A stretch of DNA of 64,000 bases, taken from NCBI RefSeq assembly GCF_048593235.1, contig NC_133617.1, positions 748,196,958 through 748,260,957 of the forward strand, given 5' to 3'. The stretch is from Sminthopsis crassicaudata. Its lineage: Eukaryota. Of the stretch, positions 1 to 12,050 are shown in pieces. Below the pieces are notes generated by a model that was not told where the DNA came from, ran no database searches, and saw nothing but the letters and a program-made list of their open reading frames with translations. Position 1 is the first letter of the stretch. Each line of letters starts with the position of its first letter. Made by a program: the position numbers and the translations under genes.

Positions 1-52
1 CAAAAAAAACAAAACAAAACCAAACAAAAACAAAACAAAACAAAACAAAAAA
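1..52. repeat. (CAAAA)n microsatellite
   Basis: Tandem caaaa/aaaac units at the window start. Confidence 0.9.
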
Positions 53-57
53 AACCC

Positions 58-330
58 TGAAAACATAACAACCTTGTTTGTCATGGAAGAGAAGAAGAAA
101 AGATGCACCATTTTCTCGCTTTTTCACAGAGGTGCAGACCTGTGGATGTTAAACAATGAAGATACTGGCAGACTCAGGAATTGCTTAGTTTTGTTGAATT
201 GCTTTCTTCCCCCTCCCCTTCCCATCTTTCTTTTCTATTATAAGGATCACTCTTGTTGAAAGAGGGGAAGAAATTATCTAGAAATGAATGTAAAAAGGTA
301 TGATTTCAGAAAAGTAAAGAAAGGAATCTA
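58..330 (+). mobile_element. Old marsupial LINE-1 3'-end fragment
   Basis: Motif order (cagaggtg...tggcagact...gttgaattgctt...ataaggatcactct...gaggggaag...gtaaaaa) resembles marsupial L1 3' ends as recalled. A similar piece lies at about 43080-43270. Not searched. Confidence 0.45.
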
Positions 331-1324
331 TTAAATGATATTCTCAATGTTTGTGACAAAAACGCAGGTGAAATCATATCCAGACTGAAGGGAACAGGTG
401 TTGATTTCCGATATAACAAGACTACCTACTGCAATAATAGCCTTATACATTATTATTACTAATAGAAGTTTTATATACAAATGCACTGTCACTGATTTTC
501 ACAATATGACTCTTTTCTCCTATCACATTTACTTTAAAAGGCAAAGATGATTTCATCTATGTGGGCTCTGCTCCCCACAAACCGATCACTTCCCTTCTTC
601 ATCCAGACCCAAGGATACAGACTGAAATAACAAAAAGAAAATGTGTGCATTCCTGGGCCCCCTGCTGCTTCTCTGGCAAGGCAAACTCCTGCTAAACATA
701 AGTGGTCATTAGGTTTGCGAGAGAACAGAAATCAGATGAAAATGGAAGGCAGACAGTTCTAGAAAAACAATCCTCCTCCCTCCTCGGTTGTCGTGGCTTA
801 GGAGGACCCGAATGACCTTGCTCAGACCCCTCTGCTCTTTCTCTGGGGCTTTCTGGGAGTGGGTTGGTGAAAGCAGAGTTTCTTAACTCAATGTTTTTCT
901 CCATTCCGAAGCATATGCGAATGTCTGCACAAGAGCACATAAGACGCTGTCTTTGAGAAGGATCACTGTCATTTAGACATCTGGCCAGATGCTCGTTTGG
1001 GAATACTTGGAATATATTATACAGGGGGAGGGAAATGTGTTTGACACTGGATGATGTTTGGAAAAACCTGATTCAGCATAAACAATAGTGAAATCTCATT
1101 GAAGAAACTATTTTTGTCCGGACTTTTCAGATATCCAATAAGTTCCATTTATGAACACAAAAGATGGGTCCTGAGTCGCTGGTTTTCAGATATTCTGCAT
1201 TTTGGATATACGACCTATGTGCTGCTTTTCTATTGAGCAAAGTGCTTTCTTTCTTTATAAAACTCATAGTTGGTGGCACCCTGTTTTGACATCACGTTCC
1301 TTTCCAAATATACCTAGAGAGGCA

Positions 1325-1477
1325 ATGGGGCAGCCAAAGGCAACAGGGCCAAGTGGCCAGTGTGTTGGATGTTGAGGTGGGAAGAGAGACGTGAGTTCAA
1401 ATCCCACTTCAGATACTTAACAGCTATGTGACTCTGGGCAAGTCACTTCATTCTGTCTGCCTCAGTTGCCTCATCTA
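1325..1477 (+). mobile_element. CORE-SINE (MIR/MAR1-like), cut by the assembly gap
   Basis: B-box gagttcaaatcc, then gtgactctgggcaagtcactt and the core tgcctcagttgcctcatct, running into Ns. Confidence 0.8.
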
Positions 1478-2210
1478 NNNNNNNNNNNNNNNNNNNNNNN
1501 NNNNNNNNNNNNNNNNNNNNNNNNNNNNNNNNNNNNNNNNNNNNNNNNNNNNNNNNNNNNNNNNNNNNNNNNNNNNNNNNNNNNNNNNNNNNNNNNNNNN
1601 NNNNNNNNNNNNNNNNNNNNNNNNNNNNNNNNNNNNNNNNNNNNNNNNNNNNNNNNNNNNNNNNNNNNNNNNNNNNNNNNNNNNNNNNNNNNNNNNNNNN
1701 NNNNNNNNNNNNNNNNNNNNNNNNNNNNNNNNNNNNNNNNNNNNNNNNNNNNNNNNNNNNNNNNNNNNNNNNNNNNNNNNNNNNNNNNNNNNNNNNNNNN
1801 NNNNNNNNNNNNNNNNNNNNNNNNNNNNNNNNNNNNNNNNNNNNNNNNNNNNNNNNNNNNNNNNNNNNNNNNNNNNNNNNNNNNNNNNNNNNNNNNNNNN
1901 NNNNNNNNNNNNNNNNNNNNNNNNNNNNNNNNNNNNNNNNNNNNNNNNNNNNNNNNNNNNNNNNNNNNNNNNNNNNNNNNNNNNNNNNNNNNNNNNNNNN
2001 NNNNNNNNNNNNNNNNNNNNNNNNNNNNNNNNNNNNNNNNNNNNNNNNNNNNNNNNNNNNNNNNNNNNNNNNNNNNNNNNNNNNNNNNNNNNNNNNNNNN
2101 NNNNNNNNNNNNNNNNNNNNNNNNNNNNNNNNNNNNNNNNNNNNNNNNNNNNNNNNNNNNNNNNNNNNNNNNNNNNNNNNNNNNNNNNNNNNNNNNNNNN
2201 NNNNNNNNNN
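1478..2210. other. Assembly gap (733 N)
   Basis: Run of n characters. Confidence 1.
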
Positions 2211-2400
2211 TTCTTTGGCATGACCTTTTATTTTAAAATACAAAAAGTAATAAAAGTCACAAAATTTTAATTTTTAACATGAAAAGGTAAAAAGATAAAT
2301 GTATCCTTAAGGAAGTTTTTAATATAATATCTCAAAAACACTTAGAAAACAGTCACAAAAATGCTAAAAACACATTAAAAAAAAAACAAAAAAAAAACAC

Positions 2401-3008
2401 TTTTTTTTTGGAGGCAATTGGAGTTAAATGACACAGCTAATAAGTATTAAGTGTCTGAATCCACATTTGAATTCAGGTCCTTCTGACTCCAAGGTCAGTG
2501 TGCTGTGCCACAGTTCCCTTTTAATGTCCTGACCCAGTTTCCCTAATTGTCCTATTCAGTTACTCTGCCTCAGGTTATAACCATTCCCTCTTAATGTTAG
2601 GATAAAGGTCTTATATCTTTGACCTTAGCTTAGGCTATAATCATTCCCTCTTAATGTTTGATGGGATAAAGGGCTTTATCCATTTTAGAGATCATTAGAT
2701 TATCAGCAGCCTCTCCAGTACCTCTCATTGTGCCATTCTATGTACCTCCCACCATTTGGTCATCCCCATCCAGGTACCTCCCCCATTATGTCATTGTTCT
2801 TGTTACTTTGTTAAAAGAATCTTGTATCTGACATTCACTGCTGGATTCTTAGAGACAATAGTTTCATTCAGCCCTGGGACCAAACCCTGGATCCATTTGG
2901 TCCCAGTAAAAAATTTCTCTCTTTCAAATAAATTATTAAATTGGTCTCTAATCTCTATCTTTCTCCGGCATCACAAGTGCTCTATCTACTGTGCCATGTA
3001 ACTGCCCC
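2401..3008 (-). mobile_element. WSINE1-type tRNA-derived SINE split by an LTR (pieces 2401-2500 and 2976-3008)
   Basis: Joining the pieces gives tttggaggcaattggagttaaatgac...aattcaggtccttctgactccaaggtc-agtg-ctctatctactgtgccatgtaactgcccc, a reverse-complement WSINE1. Confidence 0.8.
2501..2975 (+). mobile_element. Solo LTR (475 bp, probably ERV1-class)
   Basis: TG...CA termini; 4-bp TSD AGTG at 2497-2500 and 2976-2979; U3-like imperfect duplication (ataaccattccctcttaatgtt / ataatcattccctcttaatgtt); AATAAA at 2927-2932. Confidence 0.8.
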
Positions 3009-3119
3009 TGAAACCAAATTTTGATAAAAGGGTTCACTGAGTTTCACTAAAAACCATTTAGACACTTTTTTGAATTAATGTAGCTCATTGAAATGATCTT
3101 AACTTGTTTGGAATTAATC

Positions 3120-3329
3120 TAAAGTATTTGACCATTTTTGTGTCATGGAGCCCTTGAGAAGTCTGGTGACTTCTGTGGATCTTTTCTTAGAATAATGTGC
3201 TTAAATGCATACAAACAGAATAAAATATTTAGGATACAAAGGAAATCAATTATATAAAAATTCAGTTATCAAAACATGTTTTTTGTTTTTGTTTTTTTAA
3301 GTTCAAAGACCTCAAGTTAAAAACCCCTG
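3120..3329. mobile_element. Old non-autonomous hAT/Charlie-type DNA transposon
   Basis: Internal tgtgtcatggagccc...cttagaataatg...caaaggaaatcaattat...cagttatcaaaa and a right TIR-like gttaaaaacccctg. The left TIR is degenerate. Confidence 0.6.
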
Positions 3330-5199
3330 ATTTAGAGTAAGATTGGAGACAGAACTATTACTATATAATTATTACTATATTACTAATTTTTTTTTACTAT
3401 TATTATGTAATTACTATATATTACTAATACTATGCTATTAACAAAAAATGTTTTGCTGCATAGTGATCACTGGAAGTGCTTCCTTCCCATCCCATGCTTC
3501 TATCACTCAGAGCTGTATCTCTTCTGAACATCTTTTCTTTGCCTTAGGCACAAAATTCTGAATTACAGTGGAGGGAAATTGCATAGAAGTATTAGGTGAG
3601 TCACCCATTGTGACTGGGAGACCCATTGGTCTCTATTCTGTTTTCCCCTTTGGGCTCCCCCTTAGCCTTTAGCCCTTCCAGGATGGAGGACAGCTGACAA
3701 AACTTTGGCTCTTCCAGGAGGTTTTTCTAGTGTGACAATGATCGTTTCAGATTTTTAAGTATTTATACTTTTTAAGCCAGTGAATCAAATTTGGGGTTAA
3801 AAACCTGGCTAAGTATTCCCTTGCAGCATATAGCAACAGCCATTCCAGCAAATAAAATTGCTAAAAAGAGGATCCCTATGAGAAAAAAAAAAAAAAAAAA
3901 AAAGACCCAGAGAGTCATTAGAATAAAGTTCCCCTCACCATAATGAGGCTGAAAATCTGAGATTAAAAGTATGCTTATTCATTGGAAGGTAGCCCACTGA
4001 AATTAAATCATACATGTTCACTAATGCAATTATAAGGCAATTAGTATCTTGACATCCTTCCAAGGATAAAGATGAAATTCCAAACTGTTCAATCAACTGA
4101 GACCTCCAGGGAGTTCAGCCTTGGGAATTTTTTTTATGACTTATCTACCTTGTATATGCAGAAAATGAAATCCTTAAGGAAAGGGCCTTTGAATGTAAAT
4201 AATAATAATAAATAAAATTTATATAGAGTACACTTACTAAGTGCCAGGCCCAGTGCCAAGAACTTGACAAATAGGATCTCATTTATCCTCACAAAGACCT
4301 GGGAGGTAGGGGCCATTCTTATTCCCATAACAATCAACAACTCAGCTACTAGTGTAGTTTGGATAGCTCAGATAGGCTTGGCTTCCTTTTGGAGCATTAT
4401 GTCAAGCTAAAGAATCACATTTAAAGTCAATTTGTGGCAGAACAAGGCAATGGCAAAGACTGGGGGACAGGGAACCAGATTTGTTATTTCAAAACTAATT
4501 GAATTCCCCAATCAGTGTCAGAGATGGGCTAAAGATTCTGAAACAGCTTTCCATCCACTTTGCCCTACTTTCTCTCACCAATCACAAATTGGAAAATAAG
4601 CCACATTTTTAAAAAATGGAATAATTTAATTGAGTGAGAAAGAAAAGGGGAAAGAGAGGAGGAAAGGTAATGATGGTGTATCATCTCCAAGGGAATGAAA
4701 GGTTAATTCAGAGAATAACAGAGTCAAAACATAAAAATATAGGTTTAAGTTGTAAGGGGAGAAAATGAAGTTATACAGAAGAGGGAATCCTAATTGTAAC
4801 CAACAAACATTTATTAATCACTTACTATATGCCAGACAGTGAAAACAGAAAAATCAGCCCTTGCCCTCAAGGAGGTTATATTCTAAGAAGTCAGAAAATG
4901 TGTCCATAAATAAGCAAAAGAGGTATGAACAGAGTAGCCTAAAAGTAACATGAGAGAACAATAAATGTAAGATTCGCAACATTTAACCAAATTAAGTTTT
5001 CTCCAGAGATTGGTGGGATGACTATCTAGCTAAACGACTAGCTGAACTCCATATAGTTTGAAGCCCTTTCCTCCTCACCTTGTCAACTGGAAACGTTTGC
5101 TTCCATCTTCCCCTTTGCCCGAGCCCCTTTTGCCTCCACAATATACACAGATAGTTGAAAGTGAGAAAACATATACATTTTCAAATATTTTCCTTCTAA

Positions 5200-6180
5200 T
5201 CTATGCATGAGATTGCTTATATAATGAAAAGGGTGGGAGAAAAAAACTTTTAATTGGACTTATAATGGATACAAAATTTTAAAAATTATTCTAATGCTAA
5301 TGACAACAAATGGAACAATTAGCATTTTAAGAAAACGAGGTAAATGATCTCAAAAAAGTAGAGAATATCCATAAAATATTAAAAGAATTTAAGATAAGTA
5401 TAAGAAAATTAGAAAATAAAATTCTAATATAATGAAAATTCATGAAGTGAAGCTTTTTCACATTTTGACAAATGTTAGCGTTGTCTGATGACTTATTAAT
5501 AATTAATCTGCAAATACAAGAAGTAATACATTGGAAGTAAATAATGCAAAGTCAGAAGAAATGTATCCACAATGACCAAAATTACCACATGAATTAGCAA
5601 ATATATTCACAAGTATAGAGATGTCTAAACAAATAGAGAATGGAAGAGGATACAAACAGGAAGTAATCAAAAAGATGTTATGGAATAACACATTTAGAAA
5701 TGTATTTTAAGCTATCAATTGAGAACAAACCCCCAAACTTGAAAAAGTTTTAGAATTTTACTAGGACGTTTTGGCAAAGGAGAGTCAGAAAAAGGTCTGA
5801 GTATAGGTGTGTATATGTGTATGTAGGCAAGAGAGACGATCCAGAGAGAGCTCTATTTGGACATGGGGATTTTTTTTCCTTTTTTTTTTCCCAGTGGGGA
5901 AGGGACAAGGTAAGAAGAGAGGTCAAAAAAACCAAGAAAAAGAAAAGATCATTGAAGTATTGAAAATTTGACAAAAGGGATAAAAAAGACAAGCAGAACA
6001 TCTGAAATTTTGAATTTTAATTGTGAAATCTATTCTCTTTAAAAAAAAAAAAAAAAAAGCAAACCACATAATATCAGGTAGTTGTATAATCCTCTTTTGT
6101 TCTGCTACAGATATAGAAATGTTCATCTAATTTGGTATTTGCTATATTGAGAATTTTTTTAAATTAAAATTAAAAAACAG
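5200..6180 (+). mobile_element. Degenerate A-rich LINE-1 remnant
   Basis: Strongly A-rich, L1-like composition with no intact ORF. Confidence 0.35.
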
Positions 6181-6559
6181 AAAACCTGTCACCTTAGAGA
6201 ATTACCCAGCCAGAGCAAAGACAGGGCAGTTAGAGCCCAGGATCTCCCAGGGAACAATGGTCACAGATGAGACTTGAAGGGCAGACACACCCGTGGCTCA
6301 CCAGGAGTTGATACCCAGGTAAGGCTGACAATAATCACTTAGCTGCCTTTCCCTGCCCAGATGAACTTCACCCTCAGGTACAAAAGAACTGGCTGACCTA
6401 ACTTCTGTATACCTTCTATAACATCGGAAGTCCGATGGAAAACAGGTAAGGTCGGCAGTATTGGAGAAGGATTTTCAAAAAAAAGAGAGTCTGACTCTGA
6501 TTCCTGGTAAAGTTTTCAAATGGGTGATAAGAGTAACTGGACATCGAGAAAGGGCAGTT

Positions 6560-6780
6560 ATCTATGAAGAGCCAACACAGCTTTCTCAAATACAAGTCCT
6601 AGAAGATTGATTTTTCTTTGAGCTATTAAATAGTAAGGTAAGGAAAATGGAGATATTGCTTACTTAAAACTTTTCAAAGCATTTGAAAAAAAATTAAATT
6701 ATTCTTACATCAAAGATGGAGTGGCATGAACTAGATAATTATGATTAGATGGATTCTAGACTGGCCAAATGGTCAGTTCC
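6560..6780 (+). mobile_element. CR1/L3 reverse-transcriptase remnant
   Basis: tacttaaaacttttcaaagcatttgaaaaa echoes the CR1 motif YLDFSKAFDK and is preceded by a cagctttctcaaatacaagtc HGF..KSC-like segment. Confidence 0.55.
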
Positions 6781-9562
6781 ATGTCAGTGTGGCAGGAGGG
6801 CTCCAGGTCCCAGAGATCTATGCTAAGCACGATCTAATCAGAAAACTAAAGTACCCCAAAGGGAAATAGAAATGATGTTTGGATGATCGCTGTGTATTAC
6901 TAGTGTGACCGTTTTTCAATAGGATTGACCGTGAAGATTTATGGGAATTCTATATAACTCGAGATGGAATCAAACAGTCCTGCCAAGTTGTCATTCACAA
7001 AAAAACCATCAATATTCGTTCTAGGTCCTCACAGCCATTACATGCTCATTAAAAAGGCAGTCTGCTAAGACCCCCCACTCAGTTTGCCAGGGAGCATAGA
7101 AAAGCTGCTGGAGAGGCACCCGAAGACCCAAGGACAGACTTGGTGAGCTGGGGTGACCGTGGGCACATATTTTCCGGTTTACCAGGCTTATGGCTGCTGT
7201 GGAGCTTCTGCCCAGTGGCACCCCAACAGTAAGGCAGAGCAGGAGGATGGGCTCTCTGGGTTCTCCCGCTGGCCCAACCGTGCAGCAAGCAGAGTAAGGT
7301 TGGGTAGAGCCCGTCTGGCAAGGAGCAGAGAGCAGATGCCCACCCTGGGATGGGACCAGCCAAAGGAAACAGCAGCTTGAGCCTGGGATGGGACGGTCAC
7401 CCCTCCAGGAGCAGCTGGTGAGAGCAAACCAAGCCCAGGACACAGCTTCTTCCTCCCCGATTTCCCGTGAGTGAAAAGCAGGGACATTCCCACGCAGGAT
7501 TTGTGTCTCAATTTCTTTTCCTTCCATGTTTCTTAAAGCAAGTTGTGGGGAGAATCCCAAAAGAACGGACATAACCCTGGCTACAATCCCATAGTAGTCT
7601 CTCCCTATCTCAATTTTCTATATTATTTAAAACCGTTAATAATTTGGTCATTAACAGGGAATCATCAAATCCTGACAAAGGGGTGTCGGGGATTTCTGGA
7701 GAGAAGTGCGGACTGAATCTGCAGGAGGTTTGTTCCTGTAGCCAGATCATAGCTCCAGACTGTCCCAGGACCCAGCCAGGGGTGGGAGCCAGGGCGTGGT
7801 ACGGATGGCAGCCCCTGGGCACACCTGCTAGTACTGCTTCTGCACAACGAACCCGGCACTGCCCCGCAGCTGCTCTAAAAGGTAATAATAGCAGGACCAC
7901 TGGAAAAGCCGCTTTGCATTTCTATTCTGCAGCCACTGGTCCCCAAATATAAACATTATTCTTTGAAGAAAAAAGCATCATGAGCCACCTGCAGGCAGAC
8001 CCGTACCTGTTGTCCTCAGCCCTCTGCTTGCAGCCTCCTATTACAGCCCTAGGCCCTCCCAGCAAATGAGTGCACTGGAGGCTTGATGCTTTTGAAAAAA
8101 TGAAATCTTTCCAGAATAATGAGATGGGACGATGAGGTGTCTTTTGTTTTATAGCCGGCTAATAATTGTGCATTTCAGCAAAGTTGCCTTTCTAAAGCTG
8201 TGAAATCACATGAGGCCACAGGCCAAAGTTTCTGATGCCTTTTTCTGAATCAATGAATGTATTTATTTCTAGCAGGAAATTTCTAGGTCGTTTCCTAGTG
8301 TTTTCCAATACCCATGGTGGAGAACGGACAATAAAAGCTTAGCATCTCTTTTGTTCTTTCCCTTTGACTTCCTGAATCCCCAAAATAGAAAGTTGTTGGC
8401 TTGGGAAAAAGAACTTTCCCTCTGCAAATGAACTGTCAACGAAGGCAGCTTCTAAATGCAGGGTTGTCTATTACCAGCGTCTGAGTTTGACTCATATAGG
8501 TGATTGATGTGTGGATTCTTGCCTGCAGGAGGCCAGTTATCACTAGTGTAAAAGCGCTGAAACACCGGAGGGGGGGCGCCTCATTTGGGGAGCCATCTTT
8601 TCTTTCCTAAGAAATGTTTGTGCGAAAGATGATTTCCTCCGATACTCATGGCTCGCACGCTGAACTGATAGTTTTCTTTGAAGAGTAACTTCTGGCATCT
8701 TAAGTTTTCTTAGCAAAGGAGAAAGAGGATTTCTTTTCCTCTAAGTTCTGCAGGTTTTGTCCCTTTTTCCCACTCTAAGGTAACTTGTTTCTCTCATAAC
8801 CTTTATTAGTTATCTGAGCAGAGCGGACACTGTCCCCCTGAGAACTAGCCCAGTATTGATCTCCCAACCCCGCCCCCACCCCAAGAACAGGCTCCTCTAT
8901 GTGGAGTCAAGGAGTGTCTTGAATATGTCAAGTGATGAGTACATGATTAAAATGAAAAAACAAAACAAGGGCCTACAAAGGGAGCCCCTCTGAGGTGTTT
9001 GGCCAGTAAACACCCAAGACTACGAGGCCAGGCCCAGGCACCGGGCAATGGCAGCTCCTTAAGTTCCCCTTAGATGTGCTGACACAGGGGATGACCCTGA
9101 CCGCGGCGCCGGGGCTAGTCCGCGGGGCGGAGAAGGAAGCAGAGAACTTCTCCGGCCCAGGAGGGAATGACTCATTTGTCTGGAGTCCCCAAGGCTGGGA
9201 GGAGCTTCCGCGCCCTCTGAACCCTTGCAGACCCAGAAAGCTCCGCGGTTCCCCTTCAGTGGCATCCAGTCAGGGTTCAGCGCTGGGGAACAACCCACCA
9301 CCCCCGAGCTAGAATTCTAAATCCCAGAGCCTTCTCAGAGGTGTAGGCGTGGCTTCTATTTTAAGACCTTTTTTAATTTTTTAAAAATGTAATTAACTTA
9401 CTTTCCTTTTTATTTTAAAAGGAATTTTGAGGGTATGACTCCCGACAGACTTCGATAAGGAGGCGTCTTGGTCAAATGGCATTTTAAATATTTTTCAGTC
9501 CTTCGACAATATTAACATCGGTATCTTCCTTGGGGGGTCAGATACTTCCTCTTCAATTTACC

Positions 9563-9912
9563 AAGCATTTATTCCACTCCCACTGTATGCTGGACAATAA
9601 GCACTTATTCACTCCACTGTGTGCTGGACAATAAGCACTTATTCTACTCCTACAGTGTGCTGGACAATAAGCACTTATTCCACTCCACTGTGTGCTGGAC
9701 AATAAGCACTTATTCTACTCCTATAGTGTGCTGGACAATAAGCACTTATTCCACTCCACTGTGTGCTGGACAATAAGCACTTATTCTACTCCTACTGCGT
9801 GCTGGACAATAAGCACTTATTCTACTCCTACTGTGTGCTGGACAATAAGCACTTATTCTACTCCTACTGTGTGCTGGACAATAAGCACTTATTCTACTCC
9901 TACTGTGTGCTG
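9563..9912. repeat. 35/36-bp minisatellite (about 10 units) upstream of SELENOK
   Basis: Units aagcacttattctactcctactgtgtgctggacaat (36) and aagcacttattccactccactgtgtgctggacaat (35), head to tail with no spacers. Confidence 0.95.
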
Positions 9913-9999
9913 TGTACCGGAGATCCAAAGACCCAACAAAGAGAAGCAGCCTGCATCCTACTGAGGTAAGGATGCCTCCGTCCCGTACACACAAGAGGC

Positions 10000-12050
10000 T
10001 CGGAGGGCAAAGCCGGGGTCCCCACCCCCACCCCACCCCACTGAGATTTTGGAGGGCCAGGCGCGCCCCGCCCCCACCTCCGCCCCGGGCCCCGGCGAAC
10101 AGTAGGCGCTTTACTCGGCCCTTCCCTCCCTCGGTGACCCTCCCTCATTAGGTCCCCAGGGCCCTGGGGAAGGGGCGGATCCAGCCGGGGGGGGGGGGGG
10201 GAGACCACCGCCCAACGGAGACTGCTGCGCTCGAAAGCTTCCTCCCGGCGGCGCGGGGAGACCCGAGTTCACGCGCGGCCCCGGGAAGACGCCTCGCCTC
10301 TGGATGCCTCGGTTTCCCGGCCTTGCGGAGTCTCCAAGTTTCAGAAAACCCGTCCGCTCCGGCGATTGTTTTGGACACGCGGCTTCCGGGCACGTGATAG
10401 CGTACGCACTCTACGCCCCGCCCAGTATTGTCATCCTGCCGTTACAGCGGCGCATGCGCGGCTTCGGGCCGAGCCCCCACCCGTCCAGCCAATGGGTTTC
10501 TCCCAGATCGCTCTTGCGTGATGCCCCGCCCCATGACGGCGGCTGTGCCGGGGACAGAGGAGGCGGGTCGCCGACGCGGCCACGGAAGCCGGGAGGAGAC
10601 CACCGGAGGCGGCGGCGGCGGCGCACGGAGGCGCACGGAGGGCGGAGGGCAGGAGCAGCGCCATGGTCTACATCTCGAACGGTGAGTGCGGAGTGTGATC
10701 GGGTCGGAGCCGGGCGCCCCCCGGCGCTGCGTGCGCGGGCTAAGGGACCATCCGCCCTGGGCAGAGATCGGGCCTCCGCGGCGGTCTCCGTCCGGAGGGA
10801 GGACTGAGGGGCGGCCTCTGGGCCGAGCCGTCTGGGGCTGTGACAGCGGAGGCGCCTGAGGCTCGGGAGCGCGCTCTGACAGCACCCCCCCCCCCCCCCC
10901 CGCGGAGTGTGAGTGGGGGAGGGGCTCCTGGGGAGTCCGCTCGGAGCAGCCCCGCCGAGGGGAGGCGCAAGTAGAGAAGAGGGGCCTTGTTGTCGCTGTT
11001 TTATCAAACGACAAGTGTTTGGAACGAGGACCCCCAGGGGCCGCTTTCGCCCCGGTCCTTGGGTCGCGCTGTGTCTGCGGGGGGGGGGGATTGCTGGGTC
11101 TGGGGGCTTCCTGTCAGTCCGCCCGCAGCGCGGGGAGACCCGCCTCCAGCTGGGCAGCAAACAGCCCCACCCACGTGCTCTCGAGGGGACTCCTGAAGCC
11201 CCCACCTCCCCGGCTCAGAGCGACGGCCCTCGTGGGGGTCTTCGCTAAGGGGGACTTCTTGGGCAGCCCCCGGGGGTCGGCGTCCGAGCCAGGCTCCCCG
11301 CCCGAGGCCGCAGCTGCCTCCATGGCTCCGGGACCGGCAGCGGGCGGCTTCGTACTGGCTCGGCGGGTGCTTGGCCACAAACAGCCCCGTGGGTAGAGGC
11401 GCATCCCCGTTTTACGGATGGGAAAGCGCGGCTCGCTCCGTGAGTGCTCCCGGCCGTGGAAAGCTGAGAAGGCCCAAAGCTGCTGCCGAATGCGCGCTGT
11501 CTGGCTGGCGGGAGGGGGGGGGGGGGAGGGCAGCTGGAGGGGGCGGGGCCGAGGGTTTGGGGCTGCGGGCACTGGGGAGGAGTGCCGGGAACAGCGCCCT
11601 GGGGGTGGGCCGGGCCCTGAGATTTCTCCCACCCGCCGGCCCCCCTGATCCCCCGTGCCCCGAGGGAGGCGGTAGCGCCCACTTTAGACCTGCTGCGTGC
11701 GGCCCCAGCTCCCACACGTCCCTGGGTGCTGTCGGGCATTTGGGGGCGCCGGCCTTCCGAGGCTTCTGGGCATCGCAGGGACGCAGAGCTGGGGGAGTCG
11801 GCTGGCCCAGGGACCAGGGACAGGCCCAGGAAGCCCAAACTTAACGGGCAGGAGGCTAAGGCTCCTGTAGTGGCAGGTGGGGGAAGTGTGGCTTTTGTCC
11901 GAAAAAAGTCTGCGCCCTCCGTGATGGGCGCCCCAAAGGCAGCTCTGGTCCTGGCGGAGGGGGGAGGTGAGAGTGGGTGGCCCCTCTGCTCCCCAGCCTG
12001 CTCTGATACCCCCCTCCCCACCACTGGTCCCAGGATGATGTGCAGCCTCT
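10000..12050 (+). promoter_or_regulatory. SELENOK CpG-island promoter
   Basis: CpG-dense region over exon 1. ETS CTTCCGG 10383-10389, E-box CACGTG 10391-10396, NRF1 GCGCATGCGC 10450-10459, CCAAT 10489-10493. Confidence 0.85.

Noticed and set aside
1428-2270. Four 248-280 aa ORFs
   Set aside because: Artefacts of translating through the N gap.
9563-9912. CRISPR-like ~36-bp periodicity (also 20958-21812)
   Set aside because: Units are head to tail with no unique spacers, there are no cas genes, and the context is mammalian. These are minisatellites.
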